From the NCBI RefSeq assembly GCF_009914755.1, contig NC_060926.1: a stretch of DNA of 64,000 bases; one strand, 5' to 3'. The notes under the pieces were generated by a model, which saw nothing but the letters and a program-made list of their open reading frames with translations, was not told the origin of the DNA and searched no databases. The stretch is from the human T2T-CHM13v2.0 reference genome, Homo sapiens. Position numbers and translations under genes: made by a program. This document shows positions 57,803-64,000 of the stretch, piece by piece (within the stretch, counting starts at the first letter, position 1; each line of letters begins with the position of its first letter).

Positions 57803-58764
57803 AATTTTTTTTAAATTTTACTTAAAGTTCCGGGATACATGTGCTGAACATGCAGGTTTGTTACATAGGTATACATGTGTCATGGTAGTTTCCTGCACCT
57901 ATCAACCTGCCATTTAGGTTTTAAGCCCCGCATGCACTAGGTTTTTGTCCTAATGTTCTCCCTCCCCTTTCCCCCCACCCCCCAACAGGCCCCGGTGTGT
58001 GATGTTTCCCTCCCTGGGTCCATGTGTTCTCATTGTTCAACTCCTACTTATGAGTGAGAACATGTGGTGTTTGGTTTTCTGTTCCTGTGTTAGTTTGCTG
58101 AGAATGATGGTTTCCAGCTTCATCCATGTCCCTGCAAAGGGCATGAACTCATTCTTTTTTTATGGCTGCATAGTATTCCATGGTGTATATGTGCCACATT
58201 TTCTTTAGCCAGTCATCATTGGTGGGCATCTGGGTTGGTTCCAAGACTTTGCTATTGTAAATAGTGCTGCAAAAAGCATTCGTGTGCATGTGTCTTTGTA
58301 GTAGAATGATTTATCATCCTTTGGGTATATACCCAGTAATGGGATTGCTGGGTCAAATGGTATTTCTGGTTCTACATCCTTGAGTAATTGGCACACTGTC
58401 TTCCACAATGGTTGAACTAATTTATACTGCCACCAACAGTGTAAAAGCATTCCTATTTCTCCACATCCTCTCCAGCATCTGTTGTTTCCTGACTTTTAAT
58501 GATCGCTATTCTCACTGGTGTGAGATGTTATCTCATTGTGGTTTTGATTTGCATTTCTCTAGTGACTAGTGATGATGAGCTTTTTTTTCATATGTTTGTT
58601 GGCTGCATAAATGTCTTCTTTTGGGAAGTGTCTGTTCATATACTTTACCCACTTTTTGATGGGGTTGTTTTTTTCTTGTAAATTTGTTTAAGTTCCTTGT
58701 AGATTCTGGATATTAGCCCTTTGTCAGATGGATAGATTGCAGCAATTTTCTCCTATTCTCCAGG
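57803..58764 (-). mobile_element. 5'-truncated L1PA7/8-like
   Basis: aggttttaagccccgcatgca diagnostic; exact 16-bp TSD tcttccaacctatttt at 57419-57434 and 58765-58780. Confidence 0.95.
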
Positions 58765-59389
58765 TCTTCCAACCTATTTTTATATAAATTTAAGTTCTTG
58801 AATTTGTTGTTTTTGTTTTCGGTATTGACCTAATTTTCAATTTATGTTGACATGCAGTCTCTATATCTATGTATGTACATATTAGTTGCTTAGAAAACAG
58901 AAACCATGTCTATTCCAGATTATATATTTTCATAGTTTTTAGCATGATCACATTTCAGGAGCACACACAATGTTAAATATAGTTATGCCACTTTCATTTT
59001 AACTGCTTCTATATTTTACTTAAAACAAATTAATAGATCTATTGTTTATTACTATCATCATGTAGTGTGAACATGCCATTCTTATTTTATGTAAATATCT
59101 TGTTGAGATATTTTTCTCATTCATGGTAATCAATACTCAATGAAAAAGAAGTTAGATTTAATCAAATCATGCATCATTTCAAATAAAATAATTACCTATT
59201 TATGAGTAATGTTATGTCAGTTTTAAAAATATCAACTTTCTAAAACCAAAATTACAACACTTAATTGAAATTTCCTAGGCTAAGTAAAAATTTCGGAAGT
59301 CACACAAATGACTCTCCAATTTCTACTTATTCCATAATGTTTTTCCACACTGAATGGAGAAGTTGTTTGTAATTACAAACATTCCCTAG

Positions 59390-59620
59390 TGGTGGGAGAG
59401 CAATTTCATGTGATGTGTAGGGATGAGGTCTCTAGAGCCAGGCTGCTTGAATGTGAATTCTGATTGGTCGCTTAATATTTGTAAGACCTCAAGCAATTCA
59501 TTTAACAAATGCCTTAGTTTCCTTATCTGTGAAATGGGCATGAAATAAATCAGTATGTGTGGAATGTGAAGAATGGAGCATGCCACATAAAAAACCTTCA
59601 TAACTGATACCTATTACTCT
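59390..59620 (+). mobile_element. MIR
   Basis: tctagagccaggctgcttgaatgtgaattc...ccttagtttccttatctgtgaaatggg. Confidence 0.85.
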
Positions 59621-60499
59621 TATTAAAAGGTCTTTTCACTGCCACTAATACCAGTGCATTTGCTTCATTTCCTCTGGTAAGTTTTATCTTTGAAGAAAAA
59701 AAAAAAAAAGCAAAACAAAACAACTTCTCCACTTCCCCATGAGTCTGCACCTCAAGAATGTTATTTTTAGACAAACCTACTACACCTTTAAGAAGAAAAA
59801 ATGGTAGACCAGTTAGATATTACATCAGGATCTAGTCTTAGTAATTGCATTAATGTATCTACCCTTTAATTCTAACATCAATAGTAAGATCAAAAATTGC
59901 CATTAATATACACCAACTCGACAAAATTAGAAATTAGATCCTCTTTCCAAAGTCTAAGCAAGTTTCTGTCAAACAAGGGAAGCTATGTTAAAATAAGATC
60001 ATTGTTATGACTCCTAGAAAGAAAATAAAACATCCCAAAAAATCAACAAACACAACAAATAAAAATCATCATACATATATATGTGTGTATATATATATTC
60101 ATATATGTGTATTTATGTATAAACACACATGGGTATTAGGAGAATCTATGACACTTGTAACATAAGTCTTTAGGATAGGATTAAAATATTATTCTTGTTG
60201 ACATTTTGGGTATTTCTACACATGGTAAGAAAAGATTCAAGAATTTGGTTTGAAAAATGCCCAGGTGTTAATGTGCTAGTTCAGTCAAGCATGCCCTGGA
60301 GACCTAACCTTCCCCCCACCACCCCAGGGATGCAATGCTGTTCTGGTTTAGTGGGTACCACCATTAATGTGATCTTTACAGAGGTGGCCTGAATGAGTTA
60401 TCACTACAATGCTCTTGGAATGAAAAGCACCACATCAGTACTTATTGTGCTTTGCATTTTTTATGATTCAAATCTTTTACAAGAGATGAGCAGCTCCTA

Positions 60500-61100
60500 A
60501 AGATATTAGAAGAGTGGTTTATAAATAGGAAGTGGCCATAGTTGCAATTCATTGGTTTCTGAAGAGCTCTAATTGCTACATGAATATTTTTATCTCGGAA
60601 ATGTTAATCGAAACATTCACTAAATAACAGAAAAAAGGCAAGACTATAAATAATAATGCTACTTAAGGCATATAGAGTTACTTTTAGAAAACTTGAAGGT
60701 ATAATTTTGTTTCCGTCCTACAGGAAGACTAATAAAAATAAAACCCTCTCTCAGAATAGACCATTATTGCTTACGACATCTGTGTCCACATGTTGCTCCA
60801 AAAGCAATGGCCACTGATGCCTCCATCTTGGCGTGGGGCATCCCACGTTGGCTGCCATTTTGTGTTTCTTCCTGTGTAACAACAGGCCAGCAGCCTATAT
60901 ACAGCTGTTTTTATCAGCTATAAAAGATAATTTTGCTGTATTAACTCCATAAGTTTGATAGAGCCAGCAAGACTTCTGTGGCATAATAGCTTAATTTTTC
61001 ATTCTAATAATAACTGCCTGCCAGTTGAAATGAATAGGAGCAAAAACAAACATTCCTATTCTATAACATGATCCGTGACAGATGTACCACTTAGGAGGCC
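60500..61100. promoter_or_regulatory. Candidate enhancer (MEF2/E-box/ETS/YY1 motif cluster)
   Basis: YTAWWWWTAR at 60519, 60644 and 61004; AGGAAGT 60527; GCCATTTT 60854; CAGCTG 60902; non-repeat context. Confidence 0.3.
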
Positions 61101-62239
61101 CTGGGCAGGAAAGGCCCGTCCCCCTCCAATTCTGCTCATGGCATTAAAAGCATGAACACTAGGGAGAAATTCTGACAGGAAAGGAACTCACCAGAAAGTG
61201 GCCTGGCTGTCCCACACTTAAATCCACAATTGGCTGGAGGCCTGATTTAAGATGAGGCACATTTTAGATCTTTACATAGTGCTGTGTTTTTTTCTCAGTC
61301 GCAGTCTTCTTCAGCTTTGAAGGTTCCCTGGAAAATTCTAGTCTATTTTCTTCCCTCTTTTTTCTTTTCTCCCCCACCCTTCTACCACTATATGCATAAA
61401 AAGTGAATAATTCAATTATTCACCTGTTTGTATAGATTTTTTGGTTGACAACTTAAAAGTGTTTCTTCTTAAATGCCAGGACAAATCTTGATACATTTAA
61501 GTGAAAATAAGGTCATGCAAGTTTGTGCCAACAAGCTACTCAGGCTTTATGTAGTTATCGATTTGTCTACCTAATGAGACTGAATATCAGCAAATTGTTT
61601 TTCATTCTTTATAAGAGAGATCACTTTCTGGAAGGAAAATTTAGTGAATTCCAATGCAAATTTACTATTTTGAGAATGCAGTGGATTTATTTTCATCAAT
61701 AAATCAACATTTTCATTTACTCTTGTTCTCCCTTCCGTTTTTTTTTGCAAATGATTTTGATCCTTCATCCAAGAAAGCTCAAAACCTTTTAACTCTCTTC
61801 TTCATTAGATTATCACAATAATTTTTCCTTTCCTTTTTATATGTTTTTCTATATTTTCAAGGTTTTCTAAGAGAATATCTTTTGCTTTTTAAATTGCAAG
61901 TGGAGAGATTTCTAGATATATAATTTTTAATATACCTTTCAAATTATTTAACAACTTAATGTTATACATATGGAAATTTACAAAAGAATACCTCAGCATA
62001 ACTGATAGGTGAACTGTGCACAATCCCATTTTACAGGAAACAGTACTAAGCTGGGAAGAGGATAAAGGATCATGTAGAAATCCATTGTTTTAAAACACCT
62101 GTATTACAGAAGAGGCATTTTTTCTTGATGATCTTGAAAAGTTTATACTTCTCCTCATCCAGTCAGTATTAATATTAACCACTTGTAATGATACCATAAA
62201 AAGTACTTCCTTAGAAGGTAGTACCAAACACAATTTTCT

Positions 62240-64000
62240 ATGCTTCTTTTTTGAACTATTTTTCCAAAATAATTTCGAACTCACAGAAAAATTGTAAGAA
62301 CAGTAGAAGAAACTTCTGAATATTCTTTACCCAGATTCCAAGTTAACACTTTACAACATTGCTTTATCATTCTTTCTATAGATATTTACATATTTTTTCT
62401 GAACAGCATAGGTGTAGCTGCATACAATGTATCTTCTGACCCCTAACACTTTAGTGTTTATTCCTAGAAACAAGTTTTAAATTCAGAAAATTTAACACTG
62501 ATTTAATGCTATTATCTACTCTACACTGTATATTTCAAATAAATTGTTTTAGTAATGTCCTTTATAACAATTTTCCCCCAGTACAAGATGCAATCCAAGA
62601 TCTCTTTAGTATCCTTTAATCTGTAACAGTTCATCAGACTTACTTTGTATTTCACATCTTTGAAATCATTGAAGAAACACAGGCTGATGTTTTATAAGAA
62701 TTCTCATAATTTTTTTTTTGCTATTTCCTTATTATGTTCAGGTTATGTATTTTAGCAGACATACTACATAAGCAATGCTTTCATACCAGATTATTATATC
62801 AGAAGGAACATGATGTCCGTGTGCCCTTTACTAATGATGTTAATTTTGATTCCTTGGTTAAGATACCACTGCAACAAACATCCCTATTACCAAGAGGTAA
62901 AGATTTGTCTGCAGTTTTTTTTTCTTTCTTTGAAGACTAAGGATACATAGTCAAAACTGCATTCAAAAGTCACTTGTATTTTTTTTCTTTAAGTATAGCT
63001 ATTCTGTTTGAAATAAGTTGAATTCTTTTGTTTATCTTTGCATTGAGTTTTAGGTTTTCCCCCAACCCCTAGCCTTGTTAGTTTTATTTTTTGAATCTCC
63101 AGAGTATTTATGTCATTACAAAAGTCAAAATTACACAAAAACACTGTACTTAGGAAAAAATTACCCTCTTCCCTATAAATTCCAACATGAACTCATTTCC
63201 ATAAAAAATTAGTTTTAGAAGTTTCTGGTTTATCCTTTTTTAATATAAAAATAATCATGTTTTCTTATTTCTCCTTTCTCCCATAAAGGGTAGCATGCTG
63301 TAGATACTTCTTTGCACTTTGGTCTTCTCCTCTTAATAATAAGTATCGAAAATCAGTTTCTATCAGTTCATAGAAATTTTCCTCATTCCTTTTTACAGTT
63401 AGATAGTACTTTACCATGTGTATGTTCCATAATTTATTCAATCTTCCTTGCTCAGGCAATTTAGTAATTGCCAATAGTTTCTAATTACAAGTGATACTTG
63501 TTAGAGGTGTATCTTTAGTCTAAATTGCTAGAAGTGGAATTTATGGGCCAAATGACTTTGTAGTTTTGTTAGATATTGTCAGATTCCCTTTTAAAAGAGT
63601 CATGTTTTGGATTGCAGCCAACAATGAAAGAGAATGTCCATTTTCCAACAGGTGTGTCAACAGTATATTGTTAATCTTTTGTGTTTTTGCCTATCTAACC
63701 AGTGAGACCTAATATTTAGTATATTTTAATGTAAATTTAAATTTAATAGTATTCAATATACTTAAACTTGAATTTCTCTTTTATAAATGAACAACTTTTA
63801 GTAGATTTGAGGGTCATTTTCACATTTAAAAAATATCTGTGTAGATACTTTGCTCATTTTGAACATAGCCTTTTTTCCTTCATATTAAAAAGTTCCCTGC
63901 CTGTTAAAACATCAGCACTTCAAGATATCTTGTGAATATTGTTTCTGAATTTGCCATTTGTGTTTAGGCCATTACTTGCAAATGGTTTGATTATTTTTAT
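62240..64000 (-). mobile_element. L1MC/L1ME 3' fragments
   Basis: ataatttcgaactcacagaaaaattgtaagaa...tttacccagattc; gtatgttccataatttattca...gctagaagtggaatt. Confidence 0.75.

Overview
AT-rich, CpG-depleted primate (human-like) genomic DNA, most likely deep intronic or intergenic. I find no credible protein-coding exon, RNA gene, CpG island or prokaryotic-type system; the listed ORFs are short and come from repeats or chance. Roughly half the window is transposable elements: about 9 Alu/FLAM copies, several L1PA copies, large ancient L1M tracts (densest at about 14.6-20.7 kb and 35.6-48.2 kb), L2, MIR, MaLR LTRs (MLT1, MST, THE1), ERV LTRs (LTR8-like, MER39-like, LTR16-like), a MER5-like element and microsatellites. 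Subfamily names come from recalled consensus motifs, and edges of old repeats are approximate. The most interesting signals are retrotransposition or repair anomalies supported by target-site duplications (TSDs) or direct alignment: (1) a TSD-bounded L1PA whose 3' end is fused to an inverted 5'UTR fragment containing the ZNF93-bound segment, with about 4.4 kb missing; (2) a 115-bp, 96%-identical local inverted duplication of part of an ancient MLT1A LTR; (3) an L1PA with a probable short 3' transduction later hit by an AluY; (4) a trimeric Alu made by internal tandem duplication; (5) a probable ancient twin-priming inversion in an L1M. A few unique, motif-dense blocks are candidate enhancers. 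I cannot support a claim of a new biological system from the sequence alone.
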